The notes below the pieces were generated by a model. That model had not been told where the DNA came from. It saw only the letters and a list, made by a program, of their open reading frames with translations, and did not search any database. A stretch of 63,098 bases of DNA, filler included, from Octopus bimaculoides (lineage: Eukaryota): the NCBI RefSeq assembly GCF_001194135.2. It is 4 parts of 4 records of this genome, joined end to end, with 100 filler letters (N's around TTAATTAATTAA, not from the genome) between each part and the next. Parts side by side here need not be neighbours in the genome. Positions count along the whole stretch, not along the records: positions 20,607 to 51,953 come from NC_068982.1; 3 more parts are not named here. One strand, 5' to 3'. Positions 36,720 through 48,516 of the stretch are shown here, in pieces. Both the position numbers and the translations under genes were made by a program. Within the stretch, counting starts at the first letter, position 1. Every line of letters starts with the position of its first letter.

Positions 36720-38918
36720 GGCAGACAGGCGGGCGGACGGACGGACGCGCGCACGCGCACACGCACGCGCACACGCGCACACGCACGCGCGCACGCGCAC
36801 ACGCACACGCACACGCACACGCACACGCACGTGTGGCAGGCTTCTTACAGTTTCTGTCTACCAAATCCACTCACGAGGCTTTAGTTGAAGACACTTGCGC
36901 AAGTCGCCAGGGACTGAACTCAGGACCATNNNNNNNNNNNNNNNNNNNNNNNNNNNNNNNNNNNNNNNNNNNNNNNNNNNNNNNNNNNNNNNNNNNNNNN
37001 NNNNNNNNNNNNNNNNNNNNNNNNNNNNNNNNNNNNNNNNNNNNNNNNNNNNNNNNNNNNNNNNNNNNNNNNNNNNNNNNNNNNNNNNNNNNNNNNNNNN
37101 NNNNNNNNNNNNNNNNNNNNNNNNNNNNNNNNNNNNNNNNNNNNNNNNNNNNNNNNNNNNNNNNNNNNNNNNNNNNNNNNNNNNNNNNNNNNNNNNNNNN
37201 NNNNNNNNNNNNNNNNNNNNNNNNNNNNNNNNNNNNNNNNNNNNNNNNNNNNNNNNNNNNNNNNNNNNNNNNNNNNNNNNNNNNNNNNNNNNNNNNNNNN
37301 NNNNNNNNNNNNNNNNNNNNNNNNNNNNNNNNNNNNNNNNNNNNNNNNNNNNNNNNNNNNNNNNNNNNNNNNNNNNNNNNNNNNNNNNNNNNCAAAACAG
37401 TCAATATTTTTGTGGTTCAAAAATTGTGATTTATGACACAAAATGTCCTCTAGAATTAGCCAGATTTAATAATGACAAACTTTAATTACTAAATATTGTT
37501 AAACACACCTCTGCAAATGCAATGTACATAAGCAATTCACTTTCAATACAACGAACAATCGGCATTGAGACTGTTTTTCGGAGATCCCTAAATGGGGCTC
37601 ATGGCAGGCAAGGGGTTAAGGAAAATGACTCCTAATTTCGTAAGAAATGTAACGAAAATGAAGCTAGTTAGTATTTACCGATGTCGCCATGGAATCTCCA
37701 AGTCTTAAAGAATGAAACTTCTCTACTTTGCAGTAAATTAAGTCATGTAATAAACCTTTCAACTAGAAGCACAAGGCTTCAAGTCGATTATATCAACCCC
37801 AATGCATAACTGGTACTTATTTAATCGATCCCGAAAGGACGAAAGGTCAAGTCGATCTCGGCGGAATTTGAGCTCAGAACATTAAGACAGACGAAATCCA
37901 GTTAAGCATTTCACCCGGCGTGCTAACGATTCTGCCAGCTCGCCGCCTTAATTAAGTGAAATAATAAAGGCGTGCGGCCAAGTGGTTATAGTGTTCGGCT
38001 GACGGCTATAAGGTTGTGAGTTCGATTCCCGGCAGTGCATTGTGTCCTTGAACGAAACACTTAATTTCTCCTTACTCCAGTCCACTCACCTGGCAAAAAT
38101 GAGTTGTACCTGTAATTCAAAGGGGGACCAGCCTTGTTACACTCTGTGTCACGCTGAATTTCCCTGAGAACTGCATTAAAGGTATGTCTGTCTGTGGAGT
38201 ACTCAGCCACTTTCACGTTAATTTCGCGAGCAGGCTGCACTGTTGATCGGATCAACTGGGACCCTCGTCGTCGTAGCCAACGGAATGCCAGTTTCTTTTT
38301 AAAATCAAGTAAGGAATACAAAGTGCTGGAGCCAAGATAGCTAGGCATAGGGGACTCAGGAATTTCGAAGTTGCAGCGGTTTAGGAATCACCATGGAATA
38401 AGTGATAACATTTTCAATGGTAAAGTAGGAAGCATAGTAACTGAGGATGTCGAAGCAGTTTTGGACAAGTTAAAAATTATGCATAATAATACTTATGCAT
38501 AATAATACGTTTTTGGTATTTGGTTTACAAGGTTCTTGTTGTGAACTCGTGTGTTGAAACAAATTTTGTATCTTGGGAGGATCATTATGCCAATGAGAGA
38601 CACACGCACTGGTCTTGTTTCACTTCTTTGTTTTGATGCCGCGAATGGCGACGAAAAGATTTTCACTAAACTAGCTGCTTGTTTAAGGAAAAATTAATCA
38701 AACAATCAATGAGTTAATTGGTTAAATGGTTAAGTAGTTGCCAATAAATAAATAAAATAAAAGGCGCAGACGTGGCTGTTTGGTAAGGCGTTTCCTTCAC
38801 AACCACGTTTTCGAGTTAAGTCCCACTGCGTGGCACGTCGGCCAAGTACCTTCTACTATAACCTTAGGCCAATCAAATCCGTGTGAGTGGATTTGGTAGA
38901 CGGAAACCGAAAGAAACC

Positions 38919-38962
<44 letters not shown>

Positions 38963-39112
38963 ATTCTTTCAATGTGTACAAATAACACGGAAAAAAAATA
39001 GTTACCAGGGTAGCAAAAATTCACATAAGTACCAAGAATGTAACAACCTATTTATAAAGGTAGAAATTCCAGGGTTAAGTGAAATGCTCTTGTATAACAT
39101 ATATAAATAAAC

Positions 39113-39385
39113 AAATAGAGTTAAACGCAGGCGTTATTCAAATTTTTATACTTCTGACATGTTTCGAAGAAAACATTGATATTATTCCAGAAGGAATAAA
39201 ATGATGTAAAACAATGCGATCTTCGTATCAGGGAAGAAAAAAAAACCCAATCACATCAATAAGAAGGTGAGAAAATCGCATTGTTCTTACATCATTTTAT
39301 TCCTACCGGAATAATACCAATGTTTTCTTCGAAACATATGTCGGAAGTATAAAGAATTGAATAAAACTTGCGTTTAACTCCATTT
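39113..39385. repeat. Foldback element with about 110-bp inverted arms
   Basis: gagttaaacgcag...catgtttcgaagaaaacattg...aacaatgcgat is mirrored by atcgcattgtt...caatgttttcttcgaaacat...tgcgtttaactc. Confidence 0.85.
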
Positions 39386-40154
39386 AGATGTTTATATATA
39401 AATNNNNNNNNNNNNNNNNNNNNNNNNNNNNNNNNNNNNNNNNNNNNNNNNNNNNNNNNNNNNNNNNNNNNNNNNNNNNNNNNNNNNNNNNNNNNNNNNN
39501 NNNNNNNNNNNNNNNNNNNNNNNNNNNNNNNNNNNNNNNNNNNNNNNNNNNNNNNNNNNNNNNNNNNNNNNNNNNNNNNNNNNNNNNNNNNNNNNNNNNN
39601 NNNNNNNNNNNNNNNNNNNNNNNNNNNNNNNNNNNNNNNNNNNNNNNNNNNNNNNNNNNNNNNNNNNNNNNNNNNNNNNNNNNNNNNNNNNNNNNNNNNN
39701 NNNNNNNNNNNNNNNNNNNNNNNNNNNNNNNNNNNNNNNNNNNNNNNNNNNNNNNNNNNNNNNNNNNNNNNNNNNNNNNNNNNNNNNNNNNNNNNNNNNN
39801 NNNNNNNNNNNNNNNNNNNNNNNNNNNNNNNNNNNNNNNNNNNNNNNNNNNNNNNNNNNNNNNNNNNNNNNNNNNNNNNNNNNNNNNNNNNNNNNNNNNN
39901 NNNNNNNNNNNNNNNNNNNNNNNNNNNNNNNNNNNNNNNNNNNNNNNNNNNNNNNNNNNNNNNNNNNNNNNNNNNNNNNNNNNNNNNNNNNNNNNNNNNN
40001 NNNNNNNNNNNNNNNNNNNNNNNNNNNNNNNNNNNNNNNNNNNNNNNNNNNNNNNNNNNNNNNNNNNNNNNNNNNNNNNNNNNNNNNCTTAAAAGCGTAA
40101 CACTATATTCTGAGTCTCACTAAGGTTTTTCAAACTCTGTGTGTGTGTGTGTAT

Positions 40155-40198
<44 letters not shown>

Positions 40199-40351
40199 TT
40201 TTCGATTATAATTGTAAAGAAAGAAAGGTAGATTGATATATATAGACAGACAAATAGATAAATAAAATATAAGCAAACAGACAGGTAAAAAGACAGATAG
40301 ATACATAGATATAGACAAGCAGACAGATAGATAGATAGATACAAACAAATA

Positions 40352-40665
40352 GGATCTTTTTTAAAACGGGGGCCACATTTTTCATTAACGAAACACTTTG
40401 AAACTTGGAACACTGGTAGAATGTGTCATATAAAACATCTTTTTCTCTTAGTCTTCTTAAATCTAAACAACTGAATACTTGTCAGTGATTGGTTGAAATT
40501 ATCGAAATAAGACAATTTTTTACATGAAATAAATTCGAATACAAAAATATTTTTCTGTTCTATAACACAAAATAGATAAGTATACGAAGTTTGAAAGTCT
40601 TTCCGTACCAAAACCACTACGTAAAACATTAATGAAAAATGTGGCCTACGTTTTAAAAAAGATCC
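40352..40665. mobile_element. MITE-like element with about 37-bp TIRs inside a GATA microsatellite
   Basis: ggatcttttttaaaacg..ggccacatttttcattaa (40352-40388) and its reverse complement at 40629-40665. Confidence 0.75.
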
Positions 40666-40702
40666 GACAAATAGATACAGATAGATAGATAGATAGAGTT
40701 AC

Positions 40703-40832
40703 CGTTAAAAATGGAATCCATTGATGGAAATCTTGGCATTATGCCGTCAAACAATGATGCCGGAGTTGTGGGCACTGCCAGTGAAATGGTGAGAAGAACT
40801 ACACAATAAACATAACTCTTAATCAACACCAT
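40703..40832 (-). CDS. Exon 1 of the putative secreted alpha-crystallin-domain protein (signal peptide)
   Basis: gaaaATGG Kozak context. Encodes MVLIKSYVYCVVLLTISLAVPTTPASLFDGIMPRFPSMDSIFN plus G, then donor GTAACT. Phase 1 matches the exon at 30437 (G+GG = Gly). No upstream ATG between the TATA box and the start. Confidence 0.75.
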
Positions 40833-40988
40833 TTTCCTCTGTTGGTTTTTACTCTTTCAAAATTCTCTCCTGAAATGGTCGTCTGCCACAGTTTTACTCT
40901 CAATGTCGTCTCTCCACACCTGTTGCCGTGCTATATTTCTTGTTCTCGTTCTTGTTCTGTTAGAGTTTTCGTTGGAAACTCGAGTTTC

Positions 40989-40995
40989 TTTTATA
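40989..40995 (-). promoter_or_regulatory. TATA box (TATAAAA) of the alpha-crystallin-domain gene
   Basis: About 160 nt upstream of the ATG, adjacent to the 14-bp palindrome GAAACTCGAGTTTC (40975-40988). Confidence 0.55.
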
Positions 40996-41494
40996 TTACA
41001 ACTGCTGCTACTGCTGCTGCTGCTGTTTGGTACGACAGCTGTTGCTCCTCCTGATACAGTTGCTGTTGGTGGCGGTTGTGGTGGTGGTGGTGGTGGTGGT
41101 GGGGAGGGGGCTGATGCAAATCACCTTTAATGTTACTGCTGACTGTAAAATAGGATTGGAAGATTCACTGACAGGTGATGGCCGAAATATCTAGATTTAC
41201 TGACACAATTTAGCAAGAATTTCAAAATATTGTGAACACATGCACATAAACACACACAGGCACATAAACACACACACGCACATGAACACACGTACGCACC
41301 AAAGTACACACACACACACACAGGCACACATACACACACCGGCGTGGCTGTGGTAAGAAGCTTGCTTCCCAGCGACATGATTCTGGGTTCAGTCCCACTG
41401 CATAGTACTGTGGGCAAGTGTCTTCTACTACAGTCTTGGGCCGACCAAAGACTTGTGAGTGGATTTGGTAGACGGAAACTGAAAGAAGCCAGTC

Positions 41495-41534
<40 letters not shown>

Positions 41535-41924
41535 CCCACTGTTTGACAACCGGTGTTGATTTGTGTATGACCTTGTAACTTAGCGATTCAGTTAACTAAC
41601 ACTCATGAAGGCGGTGCCTTAGCATGGCCGCAGTCTAATGACTGGAACAAGTAGAAGATAAAAGATTACATTCGTCTCATGAAAAGAGTGAAATAGCAAA
41701 AAAAAAAAAAAAAAGAAAAAAAGAAAAAGAAAAAATGTCCCCGCACCAACCAACACCGAAAGATGGCTTTGCTTGCTATGTTACAACAGATTACGGTATT
41801 TTAGAAACGTTGTCCTATGGCCCAGCGATATTAAACCACGTCGAGGATCTTGATGGAACATCCTAGGGTCACAGAAAAACAGTTCTCCAATTTGATCAAA
41901 TATCGTAAAATCATTCGATATGGC

Positions 41925-42560
41925 TCTGCAGCGGTGATTCGAAACCGAACTGCTAGGTAACCGGTCATACATCACGACCGAACGTCAGTAGTTTCATATG
42001 ATCGGTCTATTAAACAACCAATCAGTGTCAAGCCATCGAGTTATTCAATCTTCTGGAATATTCTTCTTGTACCCTACAAAAAGACCGTTTTTAGCGCCTT
42101 AATTCTTTGCAAAACGTTGAGAGCAGCCGGCTCATTGACACATCTCACCTCTTACCAGGCAGAATGTTGAGGCAGCCGAATGATATGTGTCTCCATTCTT
42201 TTGACAGCCAAACGATTCGTGAAGACGGTTAGGACAGAAGACAGGCAGACGACAGGAATCTCCGTCGCCACGAATATAACACATTTATTTCCAGTTATGA
42301 TGGACCAACCACATGTTGCTGTATCAATAAGCTTGTCGTAAACTCCGCTTAGCATGTCTCACCCAATATATAACTATTGCTGCTGATATTTGTAAAAGAC
42401 CAATACAGCTTAATTAATGTACAATAATAATTTTTTTTAATTGTTTGCAGGTGTTATCAATTACTTTTTCACGCTGCCCAAGAAACACATTGTTATTCAT
42501 CATCGCAATTAGTCGTCAGCTCACACCAGCCGACAACATAACAAACACAGCTCGCGACAT
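41925..42560 (+). repeat. Unclassified interspersed repeat, copy 1 (LTR/promoter-like)
   Basis: Colinear homology to about 51020-51520 (gattcgaaac.gaa, accaatcag, tgtctccattct, gaatataac..tttatt, tgatgg.ac.accaca.gttgct). Confidence 0.55.
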
Positions 42561-44913
42561 TGGTAACCCTCAACACTCGGAACGTCTCCATAACTCCTTA
42601 CAGTCATGGCAAATAGCTCCTTGATTTAATAAAACGTTATAGGGCCATATAATATATGACAGCCTAACTTGATGTAACACCTTCAGACCAGTAACTCCTA
42701 CGATGTTATACGAAATTAGGAAGCCAAGTTCTGTTGTTCAATGATGTTAGACCAGAATAAGAAGCTTTCTACTACGGCCTTACAATGTGACATCGGGTTA
42801 CACCACTGAAGAAACCACCCGTATATCTCTGCAGCACCTCACCCCATTCCAACATTATTAAAGACGTACCAAAGCTTTGCGCCTTCGAACGTTGGCTTTT
42901 CCTGGATGAAGTAGGAACTGGTGAAGATCTTCCTGTCAGGAACTCGACTGGATTGCCTTTAGAAATCTCGCTGCTTCAGACCTAAAGTCGTAAAAGTGTT
43001 TTGATGACGTCACAATCAATAGATGACGTTCGTAAAATGTAATTGTAATTATAGAGAATCACAATGTCATTGGATCAACGACGTAAAATAATGGAATATT
43101 GGTTTATGGTACTTGCCCAAGGTTTCAGATTCCACACTGATCGATAAAACTGCTTATTGACAGAGGAACGTTTAATATGCTAGTAAAATGAACGATAATA
43201 TTGTTTTCAAATTCTGGCACAAAGCCAGCAACATCGGGTGGTGTGTGTGTGTGTGTGGGGGGGGGGGTTAAGTCTGTTACATTGACCCTAGTGCTCAACA
43301 AGTACTATTTCATCGACCCCGAAAGGGGTAAAAGACAAAGTCGATCTCAGTGGAATTTGAACTCGGAACGTAAAGACGGACGAAATGTCGCTAAGCATTT
43401 CGCCCGGCGTGCTAACGTTTCTTATTTCTTTATTGCCCACTAGGGGCTAAGCATAGAAGAGACAAACANNNNNNNNNNNNNNNNNNNNNNNNNNNNNNNN
43501 NNNNNNNNNNNNNNNNNNNNNNNNNNNNNNNNNNNNNNNNNNNNNNNNNNNNNNNNNNNNNNNNNNNNNNNNNNNNNNNNNNNNNNNNNNNNNNNNNNNN
43601 NNNNNNNNNNNNNNNNNNNNNNNNNNNNNNNNNNNNNNNNNNNNNNNNNNNNNNNNNNNNNNNNNNNNNNNNNNNNNNNNNNNNNNNNNNNNNNNNNNNN
43701 NNNNNNNNNNNNNNNNNNNNNNNNNNNNNNNNNNNNNNNNNNNNNNNNNNNNNNNNNNNNNNNNNNNNNNNNNNNNNNNNNNNNNNNNNNNNNNNNNNNN
43801 NNNNNNNNNNNNNNNNNNNNNNNNNNNNNNNNNNNNNNNNNNNNNNNNCCTGTTCAAAACTGGTTCTTATTTCATCGACTCCGAAAGAATGAAAGGCAAA
43901 GTTGACCTCGGCGGAATTCAGAACGCGAAGACTGACAAGGTGTCACTCAGCATTCCGCCCGGCGAGCTAACCATTCTTTCCTACCCTAGGCACAAGGCCC
44001 GAAATTTTAGGGGAGGGGAGGGCAGTCGATTAGATCGACCTAGTACGCAACTGGTACTTAATTTATCGACCCCGAAAGAATAAAATGCAAAGTCGACCTC
44101 GGCGGAATTCACCCGGCATGCTAACCATTCTGCCAGTTCACTGCACCTGGTACTTATTATTAATAATGTAAAATAATGAAATGTTAGTTTATGAGGATTA
44201 TGATCAAAGTATCTGCTTGTCGTCAAACAATATATGCTAATTAATATACGCAACATGTTAATTAATAAAGGCACACGTGTATGTATATCAATAAAACAGG
44301 CAGTAATATACCTTATGCAATGAATCAAGATGTGTTTACTTAATTAAAATAATATACGTAATAGAGAACGAAAAAGGCCATTACTTTAATGATTAACTGT
44401 AGTGAAGAAAGACCGGTGAAAGAGAAGCCCAGCTTTGGAATTAATTAAAATTAATTAACTGAATTAAATAAAACTAAAACTGCAGTGAGGAAGTGAGTCA
44501 GAACTTCAGTTGTATGGCGTCAATTTTGGATATGTTCTGATGTTATTAGAGATCTTACGAAAACAATAGTTTTAACTGTTGCTGTCAGATCGTAGATCCA
44601 TTAGTGAATGACCATAGAGTGGCTCATTAATATTTACACGTGTTACATACGATAACTGATTAAAAAAAAGTAGGACCCCCCCCACACACTATTTTATATA
44701 TATAAAACAGTTTACGTAGTAAGACTAGTTGATGAGCTTTAAGTGAAATCAATTGATACTGCGATGTCTACTCTTCTCTTTACAAATGGGGACGACTGTG
44801 TTTTAGTTTATTTGCTACATTCTCCGTGCGTGTTTACATTTAGTGAGAGATTAGTGGCTCTGGAGAGTTTAATTCTTCTTTCTAGAAAGCAGGTGCATAT
44901 TGTACCCTGACTT

Positions 44914-44954
<41 letters not shown>

Positions 44955-44955
<1 letters not shown>

Positions 44956-45740
44956 TCCTCCTCATTGATATGACTGTCCCAATTGATATAAACGTATCTG
45001 TCAAGATCTACCAAAATCTGAGCAAGTATAAAGATCTTGAAATAGAAATTAGCAAAATGTGGAAACTGAAGACTAAAACAATACCTGTTCTCATAGGTGC
45101 CCTAGGAATGATAGTGTAGTAACGCTGTGCGCATGCGTAGTCTCACGCATGCGTGAAATTCAACAACCAAGCTTTCCCGCTTCATTCTGCCTCTTTCTTG
45201 CTGGCCAGCGATTGAGCAAGGACGTGTTTAGCTGTCTCTCTCCATCTTTCGAACTTACGCTAAACAGCTCGCTCACATCTACATACCAACGTCCCAACAA
45301 CCATGCTCACACACACAGAAGACGTCTCAACAAACAAGAGCTAAAGATGTATATATTCCACCTTGAATAAATGTTGTTTGTGTTGATAGTCTGGAGTTCA
45401 GCGTTCCGTTAATTCTTAATTTTATATAGGAAAGTCAGGTATACATCTAATGATGTATAACCCACTTTCCACTAAAATAGCAAAAGGGGCTGATTGCTAC
45501 CTAGCTCAGATACCAGGAAACCCCAAAATGGAAGAAATTCAAAAGATAGTGCTCATGGGAACTGTCCATATCCTACGCAAAATACTTTCTATGTAATCTC
45601 AAATTTTAAAACAAACACAATTTTCTTATGGTTTCTTAAAAATTCTCTAGAACAACACTATGTACAAAACCAAATATATGGCACCCTAGGCATAACACCA
45701 ACATGAACTTCTAGCTTGTTGTCTCTTGAGGTCTCTGGGT
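44955..45740 (+). mobile_element. R4/Dong-like LINE 3' end (RLE domain plus 3' UTR), interrupted by a solo LTR
   Basis: LIDMTVPIDINVSVK...SKYKDLEIEISKMWKLKTKTIPVLIGALGMI, then after the insertion AKGADCYLAQIPGNPKMEEIQKIVLMGTVHILRKILSM*. Confidence 0.85.
45115..45476 (+). mobile_element. Solo LTR with a 4-bp target-site duplication
   Basis: ATAG|TGTAGT...CCACTAAA|ATAG (TSD at 45111-45114 and 45477-45480), internal AATAAA. Removing it restores the LINE reading frame. Confidence 0.8.
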
Positions 45741-46274
45741 GAGACTTGGAGTCAACTAGAGGGGACAAACACGGGCAGACAAAGGGATTAAGTAGACTCC
45801 AGTGCGTAACTAGTACTTATTTAATCGCCCCAGAAGGATGAAAGGTAGAATGACCTCGGCGACGATCGTAGGTAGAAACTATAATAGCAGGGTTAATGTT
45901 GGATTTTGAAGACGAGAAAAAGGTCGCGAATGTTTGGAATGAGTTCGTTGGGATTTAAACGATGAGAAAACATAAACTACTTTATCATAAGCTTTCTTAA
46001 TGCAGTCGAGTTTCCTTTTATTTGTCCAAGATATTAAATACTTTATGCGTAAATCAATAGTGAACTCAAAGAGAGAGACAATGGAAAATACCCAGAGAGA
46101 AAAGAAATACTCACAAAACCTGTATTACACGTAATTTCTAGTATATATACATATACATACATCCATACATACGTACGTACGTACGTACATAAATACATAC
46201 ATAAATTTATACACACATACACACACACACATATATATCTATATATATATATATATACATATATATATACATAT

Positions 46275-46315
<41 letters not shown>

Positions 46316-47141
46316 AACACGTATATATACATATATATACATTCACACACACACATATATATATATATATACACACACACATATACATACATATATATAC
46401 ACTCACATATATATATATATATACATATACACATACATATACATACATATACACACACAGACACATATATACATACATATACACACACTCACATGCATAC
46501 ACACACACACTCACACATGTATATAGGCGCAGAAGTGGCTGTGTGGTAAGAAGCTTGCTTCCTAACCACATGGTTCCTGGTTCAGTCCCACTGCGTGTCA
46601 CCTTGGGCAAGCCTCGGGCCAACAAAAGCCTTCTGAGTATATTTCGTAGACGGAAACTTAAAGACACCCTGAGAATATTCACACGCGCACACACACACAC
46701 ACACACACATGCACACACACACTCAGACACAGATATGAGTGTGTGTGTGTGTGTTTTTGCAGCTGTGTCTGTCCCCCCCCACTACACTGCTTGACAACCG
46801 GTGTTGGTTTGTTTACGTGCACGTAACTTAACGGTTCGGCAAAATTAACCGATAAATTAAGTACCTGGCTTTAAAACATGAACTAGGATCAATTCGTACT
46901 TAATACTACCACTACATTCTCAAATTTTCATTCACGCCACATGACTCCTTTGAATTAACAGCACATGGAATCTTCGAATCCACACTTGCCTGGAACTGCA
47001 ACTATAGCATCTTTATACATTTTTATTTTTATTTGTACATTCATTCTCCTATTTCCCTGTATATTCCTTATTTGGTTCCTTTTCCAAAATAACTCCTTAC
47101 ATTGAACTCTAATATTTCCCTCTATTTAACCATCTCATATC

Positions 47142-47189
47142 GTCTCTGATGAAGGGATATCCCTAATATCCCAGAAACAGCTGTAAGTC
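47142..47189 (+). ncRNA. Type I hammerhead ribozyme (family B, canonical CUGAUGA)
   Basis: GUCU-CUGAUGA-A-GGGAUAU[cccua]AUAUCCC-A-GAAA-CAGCUG-UA^AGUC. Confidence 0.65.
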
Positions 47190-47680
47190 TACCTTTCTCT
47201 TTATAAATGTCCTGAAAATTCCGCACAGCCTTGGCTTTGTTGTCTCATTTTATTTAACATACTCATACAAGACCCGCATTAGACTCCTCACTTGTATCAT
47301 TATTGAACCAAGAGTTTAACTACGGTCCTTCCATAGCACTTACATCGCCTTACCTGCCACCTTGGGTCTTCAGGATAACAATACCTCTCATATATATTTA
47401 TGCGTGTGTGTGTGTGTGTGTATGTGTGTTTGTCCCCCATCATCACTTGATAACCGATGTTGGTGTACTTACTTCCCCCATCTTTGCGATTCGGCAAAAA
47501 AGAGCTATAGAATAAATGCTAGGCTTACAAAGAATAAGTCCTGAAGTCGATTTATTCTCCTAAAGGCGGTGCTCTAGCATGGCCGCAATCAAATGACTGA
47601 AACAAATAAAAGAATAAAAATATAATTGATCACTGGCCACTAAACTGTTTTTTAATTTCTCTCCGTTTATTTCTGTGTTC

Positions 47681-47716
47681 CTTTCTGTCAATGAGCGTAG
47701 GCTCGAAACGTAAAAG
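47681..47716 (+). ncRNA. Degenerate minimal hammerhead
   Basis: CUUU-CUGucaau-GAGC[guag]GCUC-GAAA-C-GUA^AAAG. Stems are intact but the CUGAUGA core is mutated. Confidence 0.45.
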
Positions 47717-48485
47717 ACTTTCTCACTTCCCAAGCGTTAAACTAATACATCTGTTTGTTGTTTACACATCCGTCTTCGTCTTTAGTTTTCTTTAAAAATT
47801 CCAACTATACATATATANNNNNNNNNNNNNNNNNNNNNNNNNNNNNNNNNNNNNNNNNNNNNNNNNNNNNNNNNNNNNNNNNNNNNNNNNNNNNNNNNNN
47901 NNNNNNNNNNNNNNNNNNNNNNNNNNNNNNNNNNNNNNNNNNNNNNNNNNNNNNNNNNNNNNNNNNNNNNNNNNNNNNNNNNNNNNNNNNNNNNNNNNNN
48001 NNNNNNNNNNNNNNNNNNNNNNNNNNNNNNNNNNNNNNNNNNNNNNNNNNNNNNNNNNNNNNNNNNNNNNNNNNNNNNNNNNNNNNNNNNNNNNNNNNNN
48101 NNNNNNNNNNNNNNNNNNNNNNNNNNNNNNNNNNNNNNNNNNNNNNNNNNNNNNNNNNNNNNNNNNNNNNNNNNNNNNNNNNNNNNNNNNNNNNNNNNNN
48201 NNNNCTCTTCAGTCAAGATCCAGATTATCCTTGCAATTTCGGCTGGTTATTCTCGATATTGCTCCAATCTGGTCAGCCCCAAGGAAAAACTAAGCTAAGA
48301 ACATTAGATTCCTTGGAAGAAAGCAGCGAATCTATACGAAAACAAGGACGGAAAAAACGAACAATGTTACACAAATACAATAAAAATAATAAAACGGGAC
48401 ATAACAACAGACGTCTTTCGACTAAGGACGAATAAAATTAAGCTGGCGTATATGGAAATAAAGCCTTACAGCCGGGATACAAGAT

Positions 48486-48516
<31 letters not shown>

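Noticed and set aside
40975-40988. Palindrome GAAACTCGAGTTTC as a heat-shock element
   Set aside because: The spacing does not give three alternating nGAAn units, and it lies downstream of the TATA box. No HSE is claimed.
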